Below are positions 36,479 through 48,629 of a stretch of 64,000 nt of DNA, in pieces. The notes below the pieces were generated by a model. The model saw only the letters and a list, made by a program, of their open reading frames with translations, had not been told where the DNA came from and did no database searches. Where the stretch lies: contig CDPCPM010000037.1 of NCBI GenBank assembly GCA_976551045.1, positions 28,520,001 to 28,584,000 on the forward strand. The letters are read 5' to 3'. Position 1 is the stretch's first letter. Each line of letters begins with the position of its first letter. This DNA comes from Glaucostegus cemiculus (lineage: Eukaryota). The position numbers were made by a program, and so were the translations under genes.

Positions 36479-37334
36479 GTATCCAATTATCTACTCAGTG
36501 GTGTTGGTTGAGGAACAAGTATTGTGCAGGACACACAGGTTAACACTTCTTTGCTTTTCAAAATACAACCACAGGGCTTTAATGTCGAAAGTAAAAAAGA
36601 AACAGAAAATGCTGGAACTACTCAGCAGGTCAGGTCACATCTGTGGGAAGAGAAACCGAGTTAACATTTCAAATTGAAGATCCTTCCTCAGAACTGGGAA
36701 GGAGGTAAAAGCAGCTTGTTCAACTGCAGGGAGAGTGGGTAAGGGAGGGTATGTCTGATAGGGTATAACCTGGGTAACCATAGAGATAAAATGCGAATAA
36801 GGTGCCTTACAGGGCAGAGAGGTCCTTGGTTAACATCTCATCCAGAAGAATGGACTTTTAGCAGTGCAGCACTCCCCAAATGTTGCACTGCAGCATTAGA
36901 AACAAGACAGGAGAAGGTCAATCAGTCCCTTGAGCCTGCTCCACTCTTCCATGAGCTCATGGTTGATCCAACCTTGACCACAACACGACCACCTGACTCT
37001 CTCCCCTCGACCCCCCTTGTAACTTAAATATCTGACAATCTCCATCGCAAGTATACTCGAGGACTCTGCCTCTGTCTTTCTCTGGGGCAGAGAATTCCAA
37101 ACTTTCACCACACTCTAACAGAAGGAATTCCCCCTCTGAGCAAAATAGCATTTGCTTAATATTTTTGTGTGCAAGGCTCTGAAATACAAGTCTCATGACT
37201 CAAACTGCTGCCAACTGAGCTGATTCCAGTTTATTCCAAGCTACCAGTGAAACCTCCTGAAGGGGTATAACAGCTTAATTAATGGACTGGTATCCAAAGC
37301 CCTGGACTGTTAAGCCAGAGATATATAATAGAAT

Positions 37335-37965
37335 AGAGAAGAATAGAACAGTGCATCACAGGAACAGGCCCTGCAGTCCATGATGTTGTGCCACACTAAT
37401 TAAACTAGTAATTAAATGCTTAACTAAACTCGTCCCTTCTGCCTATACAAGTCCATATCCCTCCATTCTCTGCATATTCATGTGCCCATCTAAGAGCCCC
37501 TTAAATGCCTCTTCTAACGTATTTAACTCCACTACCACCCCTAGCAGTACATTGCAGACACTCACTGCTCTCTGTGTAAAAAAGCTTGACCTGCACATTT
37601 CCTTTGAAGTTACCTCTTCTCACCTTGAATGCATGCCCTCTAGTATTAGACATTTTGTCCCGGCAAGAAGATACTGGATGTCTACTCTGTCTAAGCCTCT
37701 CATAACTTCTATCAAGTCTCCCCTCAGCCTCCACTGCTCCAAAGAAAACAACCACAGTTTGTCCAACTTCTCATAGCACATGCTCTCTAATCCAAGCAGC
37801 ATCCTGGTAAAACCTACACCCTCTCCAAAGCCTCCACATCCTTCCTGTAATGGGGCTTCCAGAATTGAGTACAATACTCCAGATGTGGTCTAACCAGAGT
37901 TTTATAAAACTGCAACATAACTTCCTGACCCTTGAACTCAATGCCTCAACTAATACCTTCTTTAC
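37335..37965 (-). mobile_element. CR1 LINE 3' fragment
   Basis: Minus ORFs FSLEQWRLRGDLIEVM and TRGHAFKVRRGNFKG; inserted into a tRNA-SINE (37270-37320 + 38050-38255). Confidence 0.9.
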
Positions 37966-37968
37966 TAG

Positions 37969-38047
37969 TTTATCAAGTTATGAGCTTAAATCATAAATAC
38001 TTTATCAAGTTATGAGCTCTTAATACTACTTTATCAAGTTATAAGCT
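37969..38047. repeat. Three copies of tttatcaagttat(g/a)agct at a CR1 5' junction
   Basis: 18-bp unit at 37969, 38001 and 38030 with short variable spacers. Confidence 0.85.
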
Positions 38048-38587
38048 ACTATCAATAATGGTGACTGTGTAACTATTGGATTGTTGTTAAAGAAATGGTT
38101 CACCAATTTCCTTCAGACAAAGAAATCAGACATTCTTACTCATTTTGGCCTTAGTTGTGACTTCACGTGCAAAGTAGGGCAGTAGGCCATTCAATTCAGG
38201 GGTAATTAGGGGTGCACACATAAGTCCAGTATCTCCACCCCAAGAATGAATAAATAAAAACGATCACATAATTTCCCACCTTTCTTGTACCTAATGAGTA
38301 TCATATTTCCATCAAGAGTTGAGACTAAACTTAACCAGTCTCAGTATCTCTAATTCACTCTCTCAGCAATTTAAATGATGATGAAAGATATTCAAATAAG
38401 CTTACAAAGCCAGTCAATATCACAAGAGTTACTTCTCTTCCAAAACACCCTCCTTCGAGAACATTTCTTATCAAATGCTGTTACAACTATTAACAAGAGC
38501 AATGCTTAAAGGGAGAACAGCAGTAAAAGAACAGCAATTGTCCAAAACCTGAAATTATATTTAATGTTACACCCCTCCTTAAATAAT

Positions 38588-38875
38588 GGTATTGGTATTG
38601 GTTTGTTATTGTCACTTGTACCAAGGTACAGTGAAAAACTTGTCTTGCATACTGTTTCATACAGATCAATTCATTATATAGTGCATTGAGGTAGTACAGG
38701 GTAAAAACAATAACAGAAGACAGAGTAAAGTGTCACAGCTACGGGGAAGTGCATTGCAGGTAGTCAATAAGGTGCAAGTCATAACAAGGTAGATTGTGAG
38801 GTCAAGAGTCCATCTCATCATATCAGGGAACCATTCAATAGTCTTACCACAGTGGGATAGAAGCTGGTTGTTATA
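38588..38875 (-). mobile_element. Rex1/Babar-like 3' tail
   Basis: ggtattggtattggtttgttattgtcacttgtacc..., the reverse of the family at 1-182; another copy at 46457-46830. Confidence 0.8.
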
Positions 38876-38989
38876 ACAAGTAACAAAAGGAAACAATGAT
38901 TCCAAATAACTATCTCATTGCTATGTAGTTAATTTTGGCACAAAGTCTTCAAGATATTTGGATCTCCTTCCAGACTTGGTCCCAATTGG

Positions 38990-41060
38990 TTGTGATTCTC
39001 CTGGGGCCTGTGGATGAGCTGTGATGTTGTCATTCTGTGCAGCCTCTGGTATCTCCACATCTGCTGTCAAACGACACTCAGTGGTCTTCCTGAGATGGGG
39101 TCTGATCTTCCAATATGGGACCCTTCCTTTTATTGTGGCTCCCTATTATCTTTGGTGAGGTGTGTGTCAAGTCACTACGGCCATGTCTGGCATCAGTCTG
39201 ATGATGGCTTCAACCTCACTGAGTCTCAAACACTTGATAGCAGCAGGTCTTGGATGTGGAAGTGTGCCTATATTATTTTAGCTGCCTCCTGTTGTTTTAC
39301 GAAACTTTCTGCATTGCTACACTGCCAAATATCTTCTTTTGGATGAGATAGAGTCACAGAATGATACAGCACAGAAACAGGCCCTTTGCCCCAACTAGTC
39401 CATGCCATCCAAGATGCCCATCTAAACTAGTCCCATTTTCCCATGGTTGGCCCATATCCCTCTAAAACATTCCTATCCATTTACCTGTCCAAGTGCCTTT
39501 TAAATGTTGTTAATGTACCTGCCTCAACCACCTCCTCTGGCAGCTCGTTCCATCTCGGACCACCATCTGGGTGGAAAAAGTTGCCCCTCAGGTTCCTATT
39601 AAATTTCTGCCCTTCCACCGTAAATCTATGCCCTCTAGTTCTTGATTCCCCAACCCTGGGAAAAATTACTGTTTGCCTTGACTCTATCTATGTCCCTCAT
39701 GATTTTATACATGTTATGAGATGTTAACCAACTTCCTATCTGTCCCTTAAGAATAAATGTTAAAAGCCTATGGTGCTATTTTCAAGACCAGTGGAGTATT
39801 TCTGTTGCAGAGAGTAGCTTCTCTTCCACTCAACAGTCGCTGCTCATCATCCCATGGACTGAAGGTATTGTGAGGGGTTACGAGGGATCTGTCTGTAGTG
39901 AGAGCCTTCTTCAGCAGTTGCTTGGCCATCTGCATAATGTTTCCTGCCTTTTTATTATTCTGCTGTAAGTGAGTTAATGTCTGGTGATCAAGTTGCCAGT
40001 CTTAAGAACTCATGTGACTAGCAATCCTGGGATCCCTTTTGAGCTTGCAAATGATCATCAATGAATGCATCTTCTCTATCTCCCACACATGTGGAAAGTG
40101 ATCAGCTGTCAACAGATGCATTCTCCCATTCAAATGAAACAGATATCACCTGACTTTGTCTTGGACTTAATGTGAATGAAAACTTTCATTTGGCAGGTTC
40201 CTTTCCAGAGAGCGGTGGGTCTTGCTTTCCTGCACATGGTCCCTGTTCATCCCTTTTCCTTGAAAGTCATTTGCATATTCATCTGTGAGTTGCTTGGTGA
40301 AGTGATTGCTTGCAATGAATCAATCTTCAAGCTCCTGACAGAGATGTCCTTTACTATACCCATCTGCTATACTGTAATACTTCCAAGTTCAGGTATGACA
40401 TCTCTCTTGTGTACTGTGATGATATTCACACCATAGCTCCATTCATTCTTTGAGTTCAACACCCTCAAGGACCGTCTCTCAGCGAGCTAAAGTGCAGTCC
40501 TATATTCTATCAATAACACATGATGCCTTGATTTCAACTGCACTGCCCTGGGATTGGTGGCTTACTTTTTCTGTCATTCCAGGGTCAGCTTGGAAAGTCT
40601 TTGCATCAAAGTCTTGGCATTAATGGGTTCTATGGTGTTTTTACCATTAAATTAATCTTATTTGGCACCACATACTTTATCTTCATCTGGTACTCTGAAT
40701 GATCTCTTCTTACATGACTCATCTCAACCAGTCCATGGACTTTGAATGCCCTTTTCAACATGTGATGTTTGTAGAAATAATCTTCCAATCCATATTGCAC
40801 ATGCTGTGTCCTACAGGGCATTTTATTTTCAACCACTGAACTGCTGTCCATAATACTTGTAGGTTCTGTGCAACCTTGTCTGTACTTTCCCTATTCTGAC
40901 TTTTTTCTCGCATGCCAGCATATGTGCTTCCCTCTGTTGGCCTACCAGTATCCCTAGCCTGGCTTTGGACAAAGCCACAGCCTTGTAGAGCTACACATAC
41001 ATTTCTAGAGATAAACCTGTCTTACTTCCATGAAGCTGGACTCTCAGATTCCACAAATAA
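38990..41060 (-). mobile_element. Highly decayed non-LTR retrotransposon relic (possibly HERO/NeSL-like), split by CR1 and SINE pieces
   Basis: Scattered minus-strand remnants resemble RT motifs in order (WKII, FRVP, IGLHFS/GCTL); weak. Confidence 0.3.
39348..39720 (-). mobile_element. CR1 3' fragment
   Basis: Near-copy of 10000-10350; another at 41345-41650 (KTKGYRFKVRGERFKNDLRGNFF). Confidence 0.9.
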
Positions 41061-43211
41061 TCTGACCTCCAATGAGCAAGACCTTCAAATCTACAAAATT
41101 GCAGTTATAGAGTCACAGAGCATGGAAACAGGCCCTTCAGCCCAACTTGTCCATGCTAACGGTGTTACCCGGTGAGCTAGTCCCATCTATCCACTGAAGA
41201 GTCTGACCTCAGTTAAGAATTATGGGAAGATCTTCCCTCTTCCTGGACATGTGTAAAGAAATGGTAACAGTCAACTAGCTATCTAGCCGGATTAGCCATC
41301 TAGCCAGATTGCAATGTGTGTGTAATGACCTAATCGATTCTCATGGAGTCATAGAGTAATACAGCATGGAAACAGGCCCTTCAGCCCAACTCGTCCATGC
41401 CGACCATGGTGCCCACCAAGCTAGTCCCATTTTCCCATATCCCTCCTATTCATGTCCTCGTCCAAATGTATTTTAAATGTTGTTATTGTACCTGTCCCAA
41501 GCACCTTCTCTGGCAGCTCGTTCCATATACACGACATCCTGCAGGTGAAGAAGTTGCCCCTCAGGTCATTTTTAAACCTTTCACCTCTCACCTTAAACCT
41601 ATACCCTTTAGTTTTCAGTTCCCTTTCCCTGGGGAAAAGTCTGTGTGCATTCAAAATCTCATTCGAAGGTTTTGTAGTTTGGTATAACCCCACAGTGCTA
41701 TTGTGGCCAATGAGATACAATTCTCTCTGTATCTTTTTTTCTGCTATGGATATTCTGCAATAGACCAATCCATCTCTTCCTTCCACAGTTCCCATTCTCC
41801 CGACAGGTTAAAGATATCTTATCTTATCTTGCCTGAAAATTCAATGACTCAGATGTTTTATTTGGGTTCTCTCAGCTCAGTCGCACCGCTCAGTGTCTTT
41901 ACGGTGTTAGATCACTTGGCAGGGACGATGCACAGCATCTAAATTTCAGAATTTTATCAAACGGCACATTTGACACCATATCGTAGTATCTCCCTTAGTC
42001 ACCCTCTGGGATATTGAAAATATCAGTGAAGGTGTTTTATTGATGTAACAGCTTACAGTGCCAGCTGGCATTCTTAGAGTTACTTTCCTTTCAAACGGCC
42101 TGCTCGCAGATCATTGCTCTCCAAACCCTATTGCAGTACAGGCTTGCGCTAGCAAAGTGAAATAATCCTTCTAGGGGTGATAGCATTAATGGAACAATTA
42201 TTGTTCATGGATCGATACAACATATGATACTTATGCTATGTATCCAAGCTTTCCTTTTCCTAAAGAACCCTTACTGTCTGATTTAATAAGCCCTCTGTAT
42301 ACTAGCCAACCCCCAAGTAACTGTTCTGCTGGTGTTGTTGACACCTTCGACGCCCTAGACTGTTAACCCCGTTAAGACAAAGTCTCAACAAATATAGTTG
42401 TAAATAAGTGTGCACCTGTCCAGCTCTAATGGCTTGTTATTATCATTTTCCAGCTGTGATTGATGGAAATTATTTGATTAATGGATGGTTGAATGTTTTC
42501 AAGCTTTGCTAAAGTGAGCTGCAAATTAATTTAATATCCTCTCTGGTCATAAGCTATGAAACCTGGATCAGTGTGATGATGTGTAAACCATTTGTGGCAT
42601 GTATTTAATCTCTGGACAAAGGATGGAGATGTTAATGCATGCTACACTAGGTTCTATTTATGCAGACTATTAAGATTGCTCAAGCTGAACGTAATTTCAA
42701 CCACTTCCGAGCTAAATGGGAGAGGACTAAACAACTTGCATTAGGAATAGAAAAATCAATTAAGGAAAGAGGCCTTAGCACGGACACTGCCAAGTGAGAC
42801 TGAACAACAGGGCTCTCACTATGACCGGTTAATAATCAACCTGGTTCTGGCCACAATTCTTTGAAGGTCACATCCGTGAAATGGGTGATTGACAAGGTGC
42901 CATGGGTTGGTTGCGGTCGGGCTTGTTTCATTCCCCACATGTTGCATTCACAGCTAAGCCACACTATTTAATAGATTGCACGCTGCATGCTAGAGCAAGT
43001 CAATACAATTAGACAGCATCAGTGACATAGCAGGCATTATACTAGCACCACGCATCAGCTAACAGTCGTACAGCGACAATAACATAAAAGATTGTCCCAA
43101 TTTGGTCGCTAAATGGGTGTAAGCTAATGGATAAGCAAACCATACTGAGATACTTGCAAGATATTAACTGTTCACAGTACAGCTACATATTCACAGTGGA
43201 TATCTAAACTT

Positions 43212-43895
43212 AGAACATAGAACAGTACAGCACAGGAACAGGCCCTTTGGCCCATGATGTTGTGCTAAAATAATTAAACGAATGATTCCTAATTACAAGG
43301 ATCTCTTCTGCCTGCACATGGGCCATATCCCACCATTTTCTGCGTATCTATATGCCTATCTGAGGGCTTCTTAAACACCTCTATCAGATCTGCCCCAACC
43401 ACCACACTTGCCAGCACACTCCAGGCACCCACCATTCTCTGTATAAAAGAAACTTGCCCTGCACATCTCCTTTGAACTTTCCCCCTCTCATCTTAAATGC
43501 ATGCCCTCTAATATTAGACCTTTCGACCCTGAGAAAAAGGTACTAGCTGTCTACTCTATCCATATCTCTCATAATTTTATAAACTTCTATCAGGCCTCCC
43601 CTCAGCCTCCGCCGCTCCAGAGAAAACAACCAAAGTTTGTCCAACCTCTCCTCATAGCACCTGCCCTCTAATCCAGGCAGCACCTTGGTAAACTTCTCCT
43701 GGACCCTCTCCAAAGCCTCCATATCCTTTCTATAATGGGATGACCAGAAATGAATGCAATACTCCAGACACAGCCTAACCAGAGGTTAATGAAGCTGCAA
43801 CGTGACTCTTGAACTCAAAGCCTTGACCAATAAAGGCAAACATACCACATGCCTTCTTTATTACCCTATCAACTTGTATGGCCACTTTCAGGGAG
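43212..43895 (-). mobile_element. CR1 LINE 3' fragment
   Basis: SLKVAIQVDRVIKKACGMFAFIGQG, FSLERRRLRGGLIEVYKIM; tail tagaacatagaacagtacagcac. Confidence 0.9.
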
Positions 43896-43984
43896 TTTAA
43901 TACCAGCTGATGCCTACAGCGTGCTGAGGACTGAAAATAATAATGAGGGATATGGCCACATTGCACATAACACGTCAATTTTTC

Positions 43985-44510
43985 CATGTTTCATGATCTG
44001 GGTATCACTGACAAGGCCAATGTTTTGTGTCCATCCTAAATTGTCCTTGAGAATGTGGTGGTAAGTCACGTTCTTGAACTGCTGCAGTCCACCTGCTGTT
44101 GAGGAGGGAGTTTCAGGACTTAGATTCAACAACAGTGAAGGAATAGTGATGTTCAAGATGGTGTGTGACTTGAAGTTTCCAATACACTTAAAGCCTTTGA
44201 GCCTGCAAGTGCTAGAGTTTATGGCTTGAGAGACGTTGTCGGAACAGCTCAGTCGAGAACCACGGTGCACTTTTTGGAGGGTACACATGCACACTGTGAG
44301 TCAGTGGCGGAAGGAATGAATGTTAAAGGTTGCGGATAGGGTTCCAGTCAAGTGGGCTGCTTTGTCCTGGATGATGTTCAGCTTCTTGGAAGTTGTTGGA
44401 GCAGCATTCATCCGGACAAACTGAGAGTATTCTTTCACATTCCTGATTTGTCCTTCGCGGATGGCAGGAAGGCTTTGGGGTGTCAGGAGATGAGTCACTT
44501 ATTGCAGATT
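43985..44510 (-). mobile_element. RTE-X-like LINE 3' fragment
   Basis: ORF 44301..44498 ...MNAAPTTSKKLNIIQDKAAHLTG...IHSFRH; related pieces at 6290-6475, 7875-7927 and 51260-51835. Confidence 0.55.
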
Positions 44511-45007
44511 AATGGTGACTCCCACAATGTTAAAGGTGAGCAACAGCCTTTATAATTTAATCTTTAGACTCAGGTTTAAATCAGGTCCAACAGGCACTGA
44601 TGCTTAAAGTTGACCACTCAAGATCGCAAACTACCTCAATTGCACCTCAGTCATCTGTGTTATTTGAGAAAGTACAACCAGAAATGCTTGTGGAAGCCTC
44701 CATGGATAATTCCATCAATTACACCTCTGTCAGTTGAATCTAGAAGTTCATTTGGGCATTGAAGTGAGAAAGGCATCATAATGGATCAGTTACTTGACTG
44801 GTATCCAAAGGCGTGGATCAATGATCTAGAGACATGAGTTTGAATTTCAACAGGCCAGCTGGGGAATTTAAATTCACTAATTAATTCAGGAATTAAAATG
44901 TTGGAATCAGTAATGATCAGTGATAATGGAACAACTGAATTGCTGTTGGAAAATTAGTATCTGACCCATTTGTGACTCTAGGCCATTAGTAGTGCAGTTG
45001 ACTTATG

Positions 45008-45765
45008 GAACATAGAGAAACAGGAACAGAAGCAGGCATCCAGCCTTTTGAATCTGCTCCACTCTTCAATACAATCATGGCTGATCCTCTGACTCAGTAC
45101 TATATTCTCTCTGTCTCTCCTTAGCCCTTCATCCTATTTGTGAGTCAAGATCTATCTGCCCTCTTTTCAATATATTCAGGGACTTGATCTCCATGGTAGA
45201 AAGTGCTACAGGTTCACCAACCACTGAATAAAGAAATTTCTCTCATCACACTCCAAGATGACTTACCCTGTATCCTGACATTGTGACCCTTATTTCCTCT
45301 GATTGAGTAATCCTAAAATATCCTCTCTGCATCCAGCTACTCAAGTCCTATTAGAAATTTATATGCTTCAATGAGATCTCCTCTCATTTTTATAATCTTT
45401 AATGAAGACAAGCCTAATCAGCCTTCTCTCTCCTTATTAGACAGTCCTGACATCCCAGAATCAGTCCATTGAACCTTTGCTGCACTCCCTCAATAATAAA
45501 TATATACTTTCGGAGACAAGGAAGTCAAAAATGTTCACAATATTCCAGAGCTCAGGTAGGCCCCGTATAGTTGTACAAAGACATCCTTGCTCCTGAACTC
45601 AAAACTCTTGCAATGAAAGTCAACGTACCATTTGTCTTCTTAACTGCTTGCTTCACCCCCATATTTACTTTCAATGATTGCCGTACAAAACTATACAGGT
45701 TCATTTGTACATCAATATTTCCCAAACTATCACTATTCAAATAGTATTCTGCCTTTCTGTTAACT
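45008..45765 (-). mobile_element. Old CR1 3' fragment
   Basis: QSLKVNMGVKQAVKKTNGTLTFIAR (45552-45740) and GDLIEAY remnants. Confidence 0.85.
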
Positions 45766-47349
45766 TTTCTCTCAAACTAAGAGACATTTAGGGTTGAGTA
45801 ATAAAATGTTCATTTCCCAGGAAAATATGTAAAATCAACAGACCTAGTGAACTATGGTCATTGAGATATGGTTTGAATTATAAAACAAATCTGTCCATTA
45901 TTTCCTTTGCAATTTTATGCAAGGTTGTCTGCATTGTCTGTGGTTGCCTGGCCAAGTTTGGGAAGATTTGTCCTTGTTATGATGATCTGAATCCTGGAGT
46001 TTTCCCATGAATATGTTAAATGAAAAAGATTCTATCAAAACATCTCACATCACGTGGTCACGCATTGTAAAATCTGAGACCAGCGTCCTTTTACACAAGT
46101 GTGAGTTGGTAATCACTCTCTTCTGACCTTACCTTATGAACAATACATTTCTGGCACTCATTACACTGTGCACAGAATGTGCAGTATGTTATATTATATC
46201 TGGACGAATCATTGACATGGAGTTTGTAAGTATGGAGGAACTTGCTGACAGTTGCAATGTTTCTTTAGGTTTCCACCCTGTCATGGTCAGGGTTTAAAGT
46301 GGTATAACATTTACCTGTAAAATCTGATGAAAACCAAATTAATGGATAGAGAAGGGACAACAAATTATCAGGAAGATGAATGTTGTTTCCATCTCATTTA
46401 CAAGGATCCACTTCCTTTCAAAGATACAAGCTATTATCATGAGCACCCTCTGAAGTAAATTGGTAGATTGGTTTATTATTATTGTCACATGAATCAAGAT
46501 ACCATGAAAAACTTTGTTTTGCATGCCATCCATGCAGATCCTTTCATCACATCAGTGCATTGAGGTAGTACAGGGGAAAACAATAGCAGAATGCAGAATA
46601 TAGTGTTACAGTTACAGAGAAAGTGCCATACAGGCAGACAATAGGCCTTGACAAGGTAGATTGTGAGGTCAAGATTCTATCTTATTGTGCAAGGGAACCA
46701 TTCAATAGTCTTATGACAGCTGGACAGAAGCTGTCCCTGAACCAGGTGGTACGTGCTTTCCAATGGGAGGGGGGGAAAGAAGAGAGAATATCTAGAGTGG
46801 GTGGGGTTCTTGATTATGTTGGCTGCCAGCTTCTGAATTAATGCCACCAGTTGATCCTGCTTTCAACCCAAGTGCTGAAGCTGGGGCCAAGACTCACAAG
46901 AGTTGGTACCAGAGGGGATTGGACCATCTAAAACACAAGTGGGAAATATTGGAAACGCAGGGCGCCTCCTTCAGTATCTGAAAATAAAATGATGATAGGG
47001 GCTCAGCCGTCGTCATGTTTATGGTTACAACATGAGAAGAAAGAGCAAAATACTTCTGTCTTCCACTTTCACAACCTCAGGATGTTCCAAAATGCTTTAA
47101 AGACAGTGAGGTATATGTGAAGTGTAATTAGGAAACACAGCACCCAATTTGAGCACAGCAATCTCCTGTCAACAGCAATGCAGGCCACACCAGGTAACAA
47201 ATGGGTTCTGATTTGGCAGAAGTCGATTTTGTGTGTAAGTGGGAAAATACACAAAAAAAACTCACTGTCATTACCAGACCTCCACGGTAATGTAATGAAC
47301 AGCGTCAGGAGCACATAAGACTGACAAGAAAGAACAATTACTGCAAGTG

Positions 47350-47351
<2 letters not shown>

Positions 47352-47384
<33 letters not shown>
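47352..47384 (+). repeat. (GA)n microsatellite
   Basis: About 16 GA units. Confidence 0.95.
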
Positions 47385-47392
<8 letters not shown>

Positions 47393-47399
47393 TTTTGTT

Positions 47400-47540
47400 G
47401 TTCATAAGAACGAACATTTTTATGTATGTTGGACTCCTGAACTTATTAATATTATGGGAGCTCGTTTGTTTGTAGGAGTGTCCAAACGTCCATTAGTTGG
47501 ATGTTTGTAACCGGGGTGGGGGGAGGGGGAGCTTGTATCA
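47400..47540. mobile_element. Possible Tigger-like transposon end
   Basis: gttggatgtttgtaaccgggg...cttgTA resembles a Tigger right TIR. Confidence 0.35.
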
Positions 47541-47987
47541 TAATGGCCATACTGCCTATTTTAGTGATATTGAACAAAGTGATCTTCCATCAAAATATTG
47601 ACCTACTTTTTATGTCCTTATTCTAAGTCTGGCCTCTGGAGCATCCTCAGTTTCATCACTCCTCCACTGACAGCCATCTTTTCAACTGCCAAGACTTGAA
47701 GCTCTGAACTTCTCTCCACAAACCTCTCAATGTCTTCACCTATCTTTTTTCCTCAAAGTCAATCTTTGCCCAATTTTTGGTCACCTTTGCTAACATTGCA
47801 AAATGTGGCTTGGGATCATTTTTGTATAATACTACAAAGCATTTTGGGCTTTTTCACTTTTCTAGAGGTGCTATATAAATGCAAGCAGTTTTTATTATTG
47901 TCATCTTGTGGCTGATAAGGTGTTGACAGATCTGCTGACCACAATTATCACTCACCACTCATAGTGGCCACATTATAATTGCTTGTG

Positions 47988-48243
47988 GGCGGCACGATAG
48001 CGTAGCGGTCAGCGCGACGCTGTTACAGCGCCAGCGATCGGGGTTCAATTCCCGTCACTGACTGTAAGGAGTTTGTACGTTCTCCCGTGTCTGTGTGGGT
48101 TTCCTCCGGGTGCTCCGGTTTCCTCCCACATTCTAAAGACGTACGGGTAGGGGGTTTACAATGGGCGGCATGGACTCGTTGGGCCGAAAGGGCCTGTTAC
48201 CACACTGTAAATAAAATTTTAAAAAATTTAAGTAAAAAAATTT
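47988..48243 (+). mobile_element. Young full-length V-SINE (CR1-type tail)
   Basis: ggcggcacgatagcgtagcggtcagcgcgacgctgttacagcgccagcgatcggggttcaattcccg; CpGs largely intact. Confidence 0.92.
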
Positions 48244-48629
48244 AACTGTCAATGGAATTTAACCTGTTATAAACGTTGGTTTGTGTAGTGAGAGAGAACA
48301 GCAACAGCAAATGTCTGCAAACATCACAGACACAATCTATTATGTCTCTGCTTAAAAAGATGCAGCACTGTGATGCAGCTCGGAGAGTTGCTGCCTCACA
48401 ACTCCAGCGACCCAGGTTCAATCCTGACCTCTGTTGCTGCTTGTTTGGAGTCCTCCCTGTGGTTACATGGGTTTCCTCTGGGTAGTCTGATTTCCTCCGA
48501 CATCCCAATGGCATGAAAACCAATGTAAGTGGACTTGAGTGTTTAGGTGACTGGTAGAATCTGAAAGGATTTCATGGGAATGTGAAATTAGTGTAGATTA
48601 ATGTAAACACAGAAAATGGAATTGGAGTT

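Noticed and set aside
37969-38047. Repeat-spacer pattern resembling a mini CRISPR array
   Set aside because: Only three 18-bp units with 11-14 bp AT-rich spacers, vertebrate context, no cas genes.
42773-42791. RE1-like ttagcacggacactgcc
   Set aside because: The left half and spacer do not fit the RE1 consensus.
46561-46570. let-7-like TGAGGTAGTA (also ~38687, ~48988 and reverse at ~49-58)
   Set aside because: It is part of the Rex1-like tail consensus; the rest of let-7 and a precursor hairpin are absent.
47988-48060. tRNA-like sequence with A and B boxes (also 7928, 25538, 55180)
   Set aside because: These are SINE heads continuing into SINE bodies and LINE-like tails, without a proper cloverleaf or terminator.
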